Shown one piece after another: positions 1-12,998 of a stretch of 64,000 nt of DNA. The DNA comes from Paragordius varius. Taxonomy: Eukaryota > Animalia > Nematomorpha. The position numbers and the translations under genes are program-made. The notes beneath the pieces were generated by a model that had not been told where the DNA came from, searched no databases, and saw only the letters and a program-made list of their open reading frames with translations. The stretch covers positions 1,612,001 through 1,676,000 of the forward strand of contig OZ176056.1 in the NCBI GenBank assembly GCA_964247055.1, given 5' to 3'. Numbering within the stretch: position 1 is the first letter of the stretch; each line of letters begins with the position of its first letter.

Positions 1-339
1 CATAACATTGTTTATTGCAAAAGATTGGGATTAAGAGTGTGTATTTGGATTTAAAAAATTATATTGGGCAAATAAAAAATGCCAAATTATAAACTTTTAT
101 TGAGGACTACTTTTTTGGGTAAAAAAAATATTTTTTTTCTTTAATAAAATACCAATTTAAGCTAAGGAAAGTATTATTAAACACTTTTTATTATCCGTTT
201 TAAAATCTAACTAGGGTTTACCGGTTTAAAAACGTATCAGTAACCCATTTAAAAATTGTTTTAATATCAAAAAACTGAAGCATAATTAGGATTACCTCTT
301 TATTGCCTTAATTAACCACCATCTATTTAATGTGAAAAG

Positions 340-720
340 AAGACAAAAAACAATCGTGTACTCCTAAACTCGCAATTCCGCCTTTGCGGATATTAACTTA
401 GCCTTTGCAAATCAAAGTTTTTGTATTTTTGCCAATATTTATTTGCCATATTAAAAATTTCTCTTTATAAACATCAATACCATCCTTAAGATAAGTTTAA
501 TTTATAAGAAATTATTTTAAACTGACAACCAAAAACTTACTCATTAACACGCATTCTTTGCGGATATTAACTTAGCCTTTGCAAATCAAAGTTTTTGGAT
601 TTTTGCCATTATTTGTCAGATAAACAAGCAATTCTTAAAATTTATCTTATTTAGTTAGATTTATAAGTTTATTTTAACCCAAAAAAACTTACTCATTAAC
701 ACGCATTCCACCTTTGCGGA
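340..720 (-). repeat. Tandem triplication (period about 155-175 bp) of the SND1 exon-3 tail plus donor
   Basis: CTTTGCGGA recurs at about 382, 557 and 712. ACTTACTCATTAACACGCATTC recurs at about 535 and 687. Confidence 0.8.
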
Positions 721-2160
721 CATCGACTAAGCCTTCACGAATTAGGGTTTCCGCAATATTTTCGGCATAAACATCTTTTCCAACATACACATTTCCATAT
801 TCACGGCCAGTTGTGGGTACTTTGTAATCGATGGTGAAACACACTTCACGACCAATCAATCGACGTCTAAGGTACTCACGTGCTTCCCAAGCATATGGCT
901 AAATGGAGCGTTTATAAAAAATGGCGTTTTTAAAGTTTTAATGTATAAGTTAAAGTAAATTATTCTAAAAAAACATATTTTATTTAAAGAAAACCATGTT
1001 TTATAAATAAACTATATGTTTTTTTAATTTTTTTGGTCAAAAAACGAAGCTATCGTTATAGATGTCAAAATAAGCAATAGAAATGTAAATAAGTAATTGC
1101 ATTAGATATGAGAATTGTACACAGACACACGTAAAGTTAAAAGATGATTTTTTAAAAAGGAAACTATACGGAATTCATTTGAGCAGCGGTACTCAAACCG
1201 CGGGCCTAAAAATAGCTTTTTTATGCCCCCAAATTAGTTATAAAATTTTATCGGAATTATATAATGCAACAAAATATATATTTTTTGCATCCGATTGAAT
1301 TTTTTTAGGGTATACCGGTTTATTGTGTTGAATTGATAAGAAATAGTGAATTAAATCAATAACGTACATAACTATATATCCAATTCATATGGGGTCAATC
1401 AAAGATCAAAAAATAGAATTTTCTTGATTCAACAAATGTTTTTATTCTTAACCTTTATAATATTGTATATTTATAATTTGAAGATGGTTTAACTAAAATA
1501 TATATGTTATGTATTGACCTATAAAAAACATCCGCCTAACTTTATAAATTTCATGCATAATTAAATATACTATAAATAAAAATATTTATGTAAACACCCA
1601 ATTAATCTATAAATCACAATTAAACTGAAAAAATGTAAACTTAAAAATATTAAAAAAAAAATTTTTTGGAGAATTTACTTCATCAGCTGTTGCATCTGCC
1701 ATAGGTGTCGGTCTCCTTCCCAAACGTGGCGCATTTATATTGGTTAAACAAAGTTGTCTTTCAGCTGGTGGGCCATCGGGTTTTGGGCAACCCCGTAAAA
1801 TTATTGCGTCTCCTGATAAAACCTTTAAATAATGAAAATAAATTTAAAATACAATTTTTAATTTGGATTTAAATTACTTTTTAAGAAAGTTATGACATAA
1901 AAAGATATCTAATTAATATCAAAATAAATTTTTAAAAAATCAAAAGCAGAAAACTATATTGGCTAAAAAGTAAAATATTAAATTAGTTAATTATATGTGG
2001 ACATAATATTTTTAATAACAATTGTTAAAATCCGTAAAATAACGATAAAGAAAAATTAAAAGAATCAAATGAAAGTATAAATAAAATTTTTTAAAATAAC
2101 CTGTTTAACGATTCCATAGTGCAAAACAATGGTTGGGGCAGTTTGAGTTTGTGATGACAT
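693..2160 (-). CDS. SND1: Staphylococcal nuclease domain-containing protein 1 (Tudor-SN), first three coding exons; gene continues past the left edge
   Basis: Exons 2160-2101 ([20 protein letters not shown]), 1822-1679 ([40 protein letters not shown]) and 898-693 ([54 protein letters not shown]). GT-AG boundaries and phases agree. Matches the first SN domain of Tudor-SN as I recall it. Confidence 0.95.
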
Positions 2161-2976
2161 TATGACAGTTAAAATTTAAAATTTATTAAGGATAAGCTCT
2201 CTAAGAATGAAATGTTTAAATGGGGCTTAAAATTAAATTGTGTCACGTTGCAAATACGAATAAAGGTAAAACAGATAAAAGTTAAATAAATGTTAAAAAT
2301 ATAAGCATGTAACAACCTCGATATTTATATTTAATTTTTTTATTAATATATATGTTTAAAAAACTTTTTATAATAAGGTATTTTAATAAAAATAATTTTC
2401 AAGTTTATTGGGAAAAATTTTTAATCTAAAGGTAAAAAAATGAGTAAACAAGGGCCTAATATAAAATCAAATTAATAAAATGCTTCTGGATAGATCTTAT
2501 AAGTAATAAAAAAATTGCAAATGGCAAAGAATTTGATATTTAATTAACATTTCATAATATTTTCCCTTTTGTGCAGTAGTTTATAACACCTCATTTTGTA
2601 AATAATCTAAAGTTTGATTGTTATTTAAGTTTAAATTTAATTATTAAACATTGTTCTCATGTATCACACATGTAAAGATTCAAAAGTTATGTGACTTCTA
2701 GAAAATTGGGATCCCACGATTTAACCGAACAGCTGATAAAACCAAAATATATCTATTTGCTAATAATATGTAGCCAGAAAGCTTTTTATTAATAATTTAC
2801 ATATTCTCCATATTATTATACATTTTATTGCCTGTTGCATTAGCGATTTAAAAAAAGTATAGTATTTTATATTTTTCAAAATTTTTGTAAAATACGCTTA
2901 GAAGACTCAAAAAAAGCATTAATATCTTATGCTTTGTTCAAGTTACAAATCACTCTATGTAATAAAACAACATTAA

Positions 2977-3530
2977 CACTTCGATTATTGGGGTACCTAA
3001 ATACCCCAGACTAAATTAAATTAATATTTTAAAAAATTACAGAAGGAAACGGTCCCAATTTAAATTTATGCTTCTATCCTGATAAAAATTATATAAATAT
3101 GCCAAAATATCTTGATAAAATTTTGTTTTGAAAAAAAAGTTCCATCTGAAACTACTTCGACGCCATTTTTATTTTACAAAATTTTTGCAAAATATCGTCT
3201 TTATTTAATTTTAAGGGCAAAACTAAAGCTAATTTTTTATATAATTTACATCTAACATTGATAGAAACAGAAAAAGCGGGTTAATTTGTATTATTTTACA
3301 ATTTGACACATGTCACGTTGACGAAATTTTTACCTTTCGGTTTTAGCTTAAAATAAGTAACAACAAGTATTTTTGAATAATTTTTTTATATATTTCAATT
3401 TATTAATGTTATCGAAGTGCAAAATTTTGCCATGGTTTCGAATATTTCCATATTTGATTTTAAACAGGTCTGGGGTATCCAACTACCCATTTGATTCGAA
3501 GGACTAAAATGAGTGTGTTGTATCCAAGTG
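2977..3530 (+). mobile_element. piggyBac-type MITE, copy A (554 bp)
   Basis: TTAA|CACTTCGATT...TATCCAAGTG|TTAA. TTAA on both flanks, short terminal inverted repeat and subterminal inverted repeats. Homologous to four other copies in the window. Confidence 0.8.
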
Positions 3531-5640
3531 TTAAAAGGTGATGGAGTGTTAACTTTAATTCTTATATAATTTCCAAAATGTTGATTTTAACTTTTGTACG
3601 TTTTATCTCAATTACATAGCTATTACACAGATTCGGATTCGACAGTTTTGTTAACTGAATCGATTAAAAAAATATCATTTTAACTCACCTTCTATAAATT
3701 AGAGTAATTTGGGCTGCGTTTCGGGGTGTCACGGCCCATATAAATACATTTGTTGATATTTTATTTAAAATACTCCCCAATTTAATTTATAGTATTTCGC
3801 GTTTTAACCACTATGGTCCGATTTTGATTTCCAGCATAAAAATTGCTTTTTTGAGCCATGAGCTGAGTAGATTTTAAACTGCTGTTGTGTGTCGACTACC
3901 GGAGTTTGACTTCCAAAAGTAGACATTTATTATTGATATCAGTGGGAAGGTAAGTGATAATGCTTTAATGCATGGAGATCATTCCTCTTTAACGGTCCAA
4001 CACATTCATTGTCCTTCGAGTTTAATGTCATTGGTTACCCCAAGCCTGTAAATTAAATACTTCAGAAAAAGCGTAACCATGGCAAAGTCACTTATATAAC
4101 ATTAAAATATACAGTTTACAGTCTCTTTCCTTTTTTATTTAAGATTAAAGATTTAATATTCTATCCGGACTGTGAAGGCTTTAACACTCGCCTGCCCAGG
4201 GCTGACAGTGATGATGGAAAAATTGCGTAGTTTCGGGGCTAGAACTCCGGCACGAAGTGTAAGAGCCTGGCGCCTTACCTACTACCTACTACACCATTAT
4301 AACAATAGTAAACCAAATTATAAAAAAATATATAAAAATACTTGATATTACTTATTTTAAGGTAAAACCCAAAGCTAAAAATTTAGTCTACATTATATGT
4401 GTGCATTACTTATATTAAAAAATAAAATAAAACACTATTTATTTCTATCTCTGTTAGATGTGATTAAAATAAAAAATTATCTTTTAATTCAATAAAAACA
4501 ATATTTGAGCGAATGTTGTGAAATAAAAATGGCATCGAAATAGTTTGATATGCAACTTTTACAACTAAATTTTAAGACTTAAAAAAATGGGACCATTTCT
4601 TTCAGTAGTTTTTCAAAAATATCAACTTAAATATAGTGTGGGGTGTTTAGTTATTCCAATTTAAATCAAAGTGGTAATAATAGAGATAGACTCATAACTG
4701 TATTATAATATTTTGATTAAGTTTTGTCCAATATAATTCACTGCAGCATCATCGGCGATTAAAAACATCCTTTGATCGGCACCCATAATATGAAATAAAT
4801 TCGGTTAAAATTGTAATCTAAAACCTTATTGTGATAAGGAATATTTATTTGTAAAATTTTAGTTGTTTTTAAATATTGATAACATTTGTTTGGGCATTTT
4901 ATAGCATTTATGCAGTTTTCCCATCATTTACTCTTAAGTTTACCAAAGATTACATAGACTGCAATATTTAGTTTTAAAATTTTAGTTTGGATAGCGAAAA
5001 TAACACTTTCAGACCAAAAAATTGTGTTCAGTTGCATTTGTGATAACACCCCAAATAACTAAACTTTAGAGATCTATTAAAGTTTTAAGCCGTTACACTA
5101 ACTAAGGACCTATATTTATATTCCAATTAACTTTAATTAAAAAAGGAAATAGTAAATCTCTATTTTTCTAATAATATCGGCTTATCATAATAACGACCAA
5201 GTCACATCTTAACAGTCAGCTGCAGTATTCACAAATTTAAGCGATATAAATTTAATCCAAAATATAATCGTATACAATTGTAAAGTCAAGTGGGAAAAAG
5301 GTTGATAAAACGTTTCTTTTGACGGACATATACGACTTTCATAAATATTTTTAGATCAAATTAATCAACAATTTCATTTAATAAATGATGTTGTATCGCA
5401 AGCAAAGGATTTAACAATTTTATTTATATTTTTTACCATATACCAATAAGTATGTATCAATTTATTCCTTAAATATATTTATATAATAAAGGTTTTTTTA
5501 TAAAATAATAATGTATGTGTGAAAAATAATACGATTCAAAGAGAACAGAAAATCAATTAAAAGATTGAGCATTTCTTTGGAAATTTATAATTACAATAAT
5601 TTAAATATCCGGTTTGTTTATTTAATTATTAAACAGATGT

Positions 5641-8600
5641 TTAAATTTGAGGTATGTATTTCCTTTGGAATTGATCGTTTAATATAATCTGATAAATAAC
5701 CCAATAATTTGTTTGTCTTCTTTTAATATAACATTGTTGAAGGGTAGATTTAAATCCAATATTATCATTTTGATAGAAATCGGTATAATTTATTGCGTTT
5801 GAAGTTGATTGTAGATTTATGCAATCCAAATTAGACTTGATTGTATAGGTATTTAAGTATTCTAATCCTATTAAATAAAAAATATTATATAAAAAAACTC
5901 TAACAATAACAATTTTAATTAGAAATAATAAAAATTCTTACCTGAAATACTGGCTAATAAGTGAGGTGAATATCAAGCATATTATTTGACCAAATTCCAT
6001 AGATTATCCATTTATCATTAATTTTTAATACTTTTCAGGAAGACTTCTTTAATATTTTTGCATATTTTTTGGCTATTTAGGAATATAAATAATCCATCCA
6101 CACAAAGATCAAATTTGCAATTAATAACAGGTAGATTTTCGTTTTTGTAACCAAACCAAAGCTAACTTAAATTATTTATAAAACTAATAATTTTAGCGTT
6201 TATTATGAGGGTATTTTGGCATTTCGCTTTTCACATTACACAGGAATGTGCATAGTTTGACAATCAAAGATCTTATATCATTACTGCTATGTACATTTTT
6301 ATTAACTTTGTCAAGTAAATTTTTTACGTTTCTATGTTCTGAAAGTTGGCTTTTATGATTATCATTATTGCAAACAATAATATGATCTTTGGAAAAATCT
6401 AGAAGAATTTTTTCAGGCACATTGAAAAGACCAAATTTGGGATTTAAAAGACAATTCAATTGGTTGATTTGCTGCCAAAAATAAAAAAATATTTTATAAT
6501 ATTTATGTTTACAGTAAAATTAAAATTATCCAGACAAAACGTAAAAACATAAAGATAAATATTTTTTTCAAAAAAATAATCATACCTTTTTAAACCTAAA
6601 TTTTTCCTATTATATAATTGCAATGGTGAAATCAATTGAGTTAATAATACACTCTATGTCATAATTGTTTAAAACAATAATGAGTAATATTAAGATAAAT
6701 TAAAAATTTCAAAAGTGTGGTTGTCTTTTGAGAGATAATATTTGTTATATTTTTACACCTTGTCCGTATAATTTCAATTTTTACTGTAATTAGTTAACGA
6801 TAGTTTTTAAAACTTAAAATTTAAATAATATATATATCAACAAAAATCCACTATTATAAGTATAAATATTAAAGTATCAAAAAAAAATTGGGTATATATA
6901 TATTTTTAATAAATATTTTCAATTATATATACCCTGTCAGGAAAATAAAATTCATTTTCCAGTTTTCTCAAGGGATCATAAAAATTAAAATCCAATGCTA
7001 TTTCACGTTGTAGGTTAAAGGGTGGATGCCTTCGCTTAACTTTATGGAAAAAGGCATTCATGGTTGCCAAATGCAGAATTGAAATGACATTTTTATCATT
7101 AAAATCATCTTTATTTAAGCGTTTTGCGGTTTTTGAGAAATTATTTTTGCAGGTTATAATTTTATTATTGCTAAAATTATTTATCTTTTTTGGTCCATAC
7201 ACTGTGTTACAGTATTGAGCAAAATAGGGTATATTTAAGTCCCATATAGCGATACGATCTGTTAGAGTCTCATGACTATTTAAAAATTTTTCCTCCTATA
7301 AAAAAATATTAGTTAAAAAGGTTTGTTTTACAGAATATTAAAATCATAAAATATATAAATATTTATTTTTAAAAATATATATTTATATACTTATTCTAAT
7401 TAAACTATAAATTTTAATTAACCATATTTTATAATGGGAATAGCTTTTTAAAATTTACCCTAAATCAGATAAAAATAAATCCATTTTTTAATATCTCTGT
7501 ATAATTCAATAAATCTAACGTATTTTAAAAACTTTTTTAATGATATCTTATGCCCACATTTTTAAAACCAAAAAATATTAATTTTAATTATATTAAACTC
7601 TACTATTCCCTTACAAGAAAAATTTTTTATATTACATATACAATATAAACATAATAAAATATAAACTAATTTAAAACCTAAAATTAACAGCATTTTATAA
7701 AAAAAATCGTAAATATCTTTAATTTTTTTATGAAAAACTAATAGGAAAATATTAAAATGTTAAAAAACCAAAATATTTTCCACATGATTAGGGCATATCC
7801 AACTCAAATTCGCCGACAAGCAAGTTAAAGGAGGCGACAAGCAATCCATATGGTAATATAATGGACAATAATCACATTGAATAAGGGGGGCGGATATGTA
7901 CGATCTGTAAAAATATAAAAATAAATTAAAATTAATAAAAACATTATTTTTTATAAAAAAAAATTATAGTTGTTAATTATTTAACTGTTTTTATAAAATT
8001 AAAAATACATAAAAAGTAAAAAATAATTATCTTTTTATTAAAAATACAACTATTTTTGACCCTTATTTGACATTAAAATAATACATAAAGTATACCAATT
8101 TTATCTCAAATCCTTATGTTTTGTATTTATAAAATTAATAATGTTATTAAAAAATATGGTTGTTTTTATGAAAAAAATAAACTTTGGCTTTTCATATTTG
8201 TCTTTATAAATAACTCTATCATGATTTTGATATACGGTTCTTTCTGATTTTATACTTTCAATTATTAATGTAAAATTAATAATATTTGTTTGTTTGTTAT
8301 TATAATTTTTACCGTAAATATTAAACAACAATTTATAAATTAAATTTCTTAAAAAAAAACTTGTATTACATACTTTGTACAAACAAAACACCGGGGTATT
8401 TTATTTTTGCAATGTAATTCATTATAATCGCTGAGATTAGTTTTTGCAAAAATCAGTTGATCTGCATTAGGTTCCTGAGTAGGGGTGCCGATAGTTTTTG
8501 TTTCCGACATATTATTTATAAGTACACATATTTGACTTACAGTTTTATTAACCTAAAAAGTAAAATTTAAAAATGAAGTTATATAAAGATACAAAATGGA

Positions 8601-9158
8601 AATTTAAGAGAGAATTATATTTTTCTAAAGAGACAACCATATATTTTAAATATTACTATTTTAAATATAACTTATTAGCTTTGATTGTAAAGCAAGGAAA
8701 AAGATGTAAATTGGTTAAAAACTCACCTTTATATGTTTCATAATGTAATCTTAAAGTGGTATATTATAAAATATAAAAACCTTTAAAATGGATGGCTATT
8801 TTCGCAAAAATATATTTATTTATTTAATTTTACGTTTTATCGGTATATAATTTAAATTTTTATTATAAAATTATTGAGATGCAAAACATTAAAAGTAAAA
8901 CAATGATATTTTTATAAAAAATACCACATTTTTTGAATCTAAAGTTAATGTTAATTTATGATTTAAAAATTGATGGTAGCATAATCAAATTATATTTGAA
9001 AATTAAAATCATGTTAAAAAAGGAAAAACTTTAAATAAATACATTCTAAAAAAAGTAAAAAGTCAATATTATATATTTTACCTAATTTTCTAGTATTATT
9101 TTTATTAGAATTGTAAATTGGTCTATATTTCACAATTATAATCAACAAGTTTAAAAAA

Positions 9159-9206
<48 letters not shown>

Positions 9207-10300
9207 TTTCTTTAACATAAAAAAATTCTTGTCTTTTAATATAATTTATTTTAATTTATTCTAATTTTTTACCGTATTAAATGCGTTAACAATGTTTGCT
9301 TTATGATTCGAAGTTCGGTTAAGAATATTTGGTCCATATTTAATTGTTACCACATCTTTGATTAAGGTTGCGTTATGATTTAAACCATTATTATTAAAAT
9401 TATCAAGTGAATTATTGATTTTTTGTATCGTATTTTGAGCACAATTTTCAGTTTTTTGCGTAAATTTTACATTTTCTTGTACCGAATCCGGAGAGACTTT
9501 TTTTCTTCGATTATTAACATAAGTAGGGACTTTATCTTTATTCTTATTAAAATTATCTTTTGGGTTTTCTAAAGCTAAGTTTTCTGGTCTTTTAAAATTT
9601 TTGCCAGGTAAAAAATTATTAATTTGTTCTTGAGAATTATTATCATTAATTTTGGTTTCCATTTTTGATGATTTCGTATTCATAGCAGTAATCAAAGGCA
9701 ATGTATATTGAATTTTGGGTAAACCTATAAAGATGCAAATTAAATAAAAAATTAAATTAACATATGATGTGTGTGTTAAATTTGGCTTAAATTAAATTGA
9801 GCGTTAGAAAAAATAATTTTATTATTGTCAAATTTTACGATTTTTTAATCAATATATATGATGTGAAACTCTATGAGACTGCTTATGACATGTTAATGAT
9901 TTACTAAATTTTAATTGTGATACTTATTGAATAACCGTAAATTTTTAACCATAACTAAAATAAAAGACAAATATTTGCAAGATAATCAATTATACTTTTT
10001 TATAAACTTAGAAATATAATCCTACATAAACTATTAAAGAAAGATTCCAATTTTTTCCTTATTTTGCAACCCAAAGCTATGATTTATAATAAAATTAGGA
10101 TTAAAAAAAGTGTAGATGATGTCGTTTAAATAAGAGATCGCATCTTTAAATAATACTAATATTATTAATAATTTATTGTGACTAAAAAATGTATTCAAAA
10201 AAAATAAATTAAAAACAGTTTTTATACTATTTTCATATAGCAATTTTTACTGCTCAGAGCAATTATAATCTTTAAACTGTTAATTAGGCACTATTTTAAT

Positions 10301-10335
<35 letters not shown>

Positions 10336-12998
10336 TGTATCCTTTATTTTATCAAAATTTTTTTCTTTAAATGGGTATAAATATTTGTTAAAGAATGAAA
10401 AAAACAAGAGCTCTATGTTAATTCTTATATTTTTTTGATGAATATGATATACTGTTAATATCATAGAGCTCTAGTTTTTTTCCATTCTTTGACAAATATT
10501 TATACCCATTTAACGAAAGAAAATAAATTTTTGATAAAATAAAGGATTCATGAGTGTATATATATAATATCTTTAAAATTGTTTAATTCAAAAAACTAAT
10601 AAAAATAAATTTCTGAAAAAATATCCAAATTATATACTCATTTACCAGGAAATTTGTAGGGACATGTAAGGATATATTTGGGTAATCGAAATTCGCAAGG
10701 ATTCCCTAGTTTTAGCCTAGAAACGATGGTATCCAACGATTGTAACCATTCTTCATTAACTATATTAATTATAAAATTATCAAAAAAAGTATATCATAAA
10801 AAAGTTAAAAATTAATTTTTAAACAAAAAATTAAATAATGAAAAAATTAAAATGAACATCTAATAATATGGAGAGTCTGATATCTAACATTTGAAATAGC
10901 AAATTAAAACTACCTTAAACACTAAAAAAAGGTTCGAAATAAAGTTAATGTTATAATTAAACAATTAATAACAAAAATATCTAACATTTTACAAACTGAA
11001 ATAAAAATAATAATATTTATGAAAATGTCTAAATTAATCAGATCTTAAAAAACGTAAAAAAACCTAAATTTTCAGATATTAACGGCGTTTTAGAGTCTTG
11101 ATTTTGGCAATTAGGATATTTTTCTTTTTCCCTTGTTAAACCAAGCGTATAATTTATATATCGCGGAAATTTTTCAATGCAATACTTTGCATTTGAATTC
11201 CAACCTTCACTTTGTTCTACAATGGTTTCATAGCTCATTAATTTTAAAGGTTTATTTTCGAAATTTTTTGAAATCATGTTAGTTTTATGGATATTTTGGT
11301 AAAATTCCAATTGGGAATCAACATTAATTTTAGGCGAAATTTCGTTTTTTGCAGTTTTTTCTAAATTCTTATGGCTATTTTCTTGAGTACTTGTATTTAA
11401 TTCTGTAATATTAATCGGGGTATGATTTTTCGATGTAAACCCAAGGTTATTTTGACAATTATTATTTATATTGTTATGATTTACATTTTCATTTTTTGGA
11501 CTTTGGATTTGACTATGTAGTAAGTTTGAAGTTTTACGTAAAATTCTACGTTTTGCATAAGACATATCTGTAGGGGTCTGATGATTTAATATTCGTTTTC
11601 TTGAGATTTTTTCAGGATTTTTATAAAAATTATTATTAGTTATATTTTTAGTATTATTTTGGCTTTTGGAAATATTTGGATCCAATTTTAAGGTTTCTAC
11701 GGTTGTGTCTGTATTGTTTGGTACTATATCTAAAAATATTTTTTTGGTAATTTAACAAATTTTTCGATTAAATTAGATAAAAATTTATAGGTAATATTAA
11801 TTAAACCCTATATATTTTTTCAAAAAAATTTAATGATAAATATTTAATTATTTATATTTTTAAAAATTTAGTTATAAGATACATTAAAAGTATAAAAAAA
11901 TTACTGTATATCCGACTATTATTGTTGTTTGATAATGATATATTCTGTTCAGGGTTTGGGTGACATTTTGATTGCTTAAGTGTAGATTGCATTTTTAAAT
12001 TGGTATCCAAATACTTTAATATAACCTTTTTTCGGAAATTAAATAAAATGTTTAGTATAAAATTTTAAGAATATGTAATATGTTATGAATGTAATCTTGA
12101 AATTATAAACCTAAAAATGGTTTAAAACAATGTGTAATAGTTTTTTAAATTCAAGAGAATTTTTAAAAAAGTATATTAATAGTGAGAATATTTTGAAATA
12201 GATTGTCATAAATAATTTTTTAAAAATAAATTTTAGAAAATTATAAAAAGATTATATATTTTAAATACTTCTTTGGCTTTGCATTTGTGGCAAACCCAAT
12301 TTCCTAGAGGTACGGTGTTTTCATTGAATGGCGGATCACTATAAATATATATATAATAAAAAAGCCCTAATTTTTATATTTTAATAGAACACAAACATTT
12401 ATATCAAGTTTAGAAAAACAAATAAAACAACATTTATTTACATGTTTTGAACTATAAAACAGAGAGGTACAAAATATGGCGACGCATAAAAAGCTTACTC
12501 AATTCATAATGAAGTATGAAATATAATTAAATTGTAAAATTTTAATATTTTTGATAAGATATTTTAAACAAAAATTACATTTATGACCTGCGTTGTAAAA
12601 ATTTTGTGCAGTTTTAACTTATGTATTAACTTTGTAACAATCACACTGCCCTTAAATTAAATTAAATAACGATTTTTAGAGTTCAATACTAAAACTTTCA
12701 ATTATTAAACATCATACCAGCATTGTAAATGAAATGAAACTGGACATTTATCGCAGCAAATAAGCTCTCCACCCTCCAAACAACTATCACAATATTCATG
12801 ATTATTGGATTTTGCTTTTTTATTGTTTGACAACAAAATTTTTGGGGTATTTAATTCGGGTGTATAATTTGGTGGTGTAATGAGCCTTTGTATTTCCTAA
12901 AAAAACAAAATAAAACTATCGAAAACCTCCATAATATATCCACTATTTTCCAAATCATATACTACTTTGCCATTTGTATGATTCCCATTAAAATCCAT
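5641..12998 (-). CDS. PHF12: PHD finger protein 12 (Pf1; Sin3/HDAC complex subunit), about 985 aa, about 14 exons
   Basis: Exons 12998-12927 ([24 protein letters not shown]), 12896-12718 ([41 protein letters not shown]1), 12338-12269 ([19 protein letters not shown]), 12025-11905, 11729-11064, 10759-10646 ([13 protein letters not shown]), 9724-9273, 8552-8374 (PRCFVCTK), 7904-7769 ([33 protein letters not shown]2), 7295-6933 ([12 protein letters not shown]). Less certain 3' exons: 6471-6235, 6161-6032, 5953-5942, 5867-5641. Phases agree across the model. Confidence 0.9.
6512..6786. mobile_element. Tc1/mariner-type MITE (TA|CAGTAAAA...TTTTACTG|TA), type copy of a very abundant family
   Basis: About 70-bp imperfect TIRs and TA flanks. 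Related paired arms at about 27310-27570, 43195-43480, 45030-45340, 45579-45859, 46118-46640, 47846-48010, 50510-50800, 53700-53990 and 54505-54760. Single arms at about 15000-15110, 40170-40240, 41615-41670, 51620-51680 and 58310-58540. Confidence 0.75.
10331..10556. mobile_element. MITE with about 85-bp near-perfect TIRs in PHF12 intron 6
   Basis: Arms ATCCTTTATTTTATCAAAA..AATGGGTATAAATATTTG..AGAGCTCTATG are mirrored. Flanked by TA repeats. Confidence 0.75.
12897..12926 (-). other. 30-nt micro-intron (PHF12 intron 1)
   Basis: GTTTTCGATAGTTTTATTTTGTTTTTTTAG. Removal gives ME|EIQ, matching ME|QIQ in the homologue as I recall it. Retention reads the terminal TAG in frame. Confidence 0.9.

Noticed and set aside
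3942-3956. ACTTACCT on the minus strand, like the U1 snRNA 5' end
   Set aside because: No U1 stem-loops, U1-70K or U1A loops follow. It is simply the complement of a consensus donor on the plus strand.
4046-4060. Apparent 15-nt GT-AG intron (GTATTTAATTTACAG)
   Set aside because: It lies in a 24-codon ORF with no homology, and the frame is open with or without it, so nothing requires splicing.
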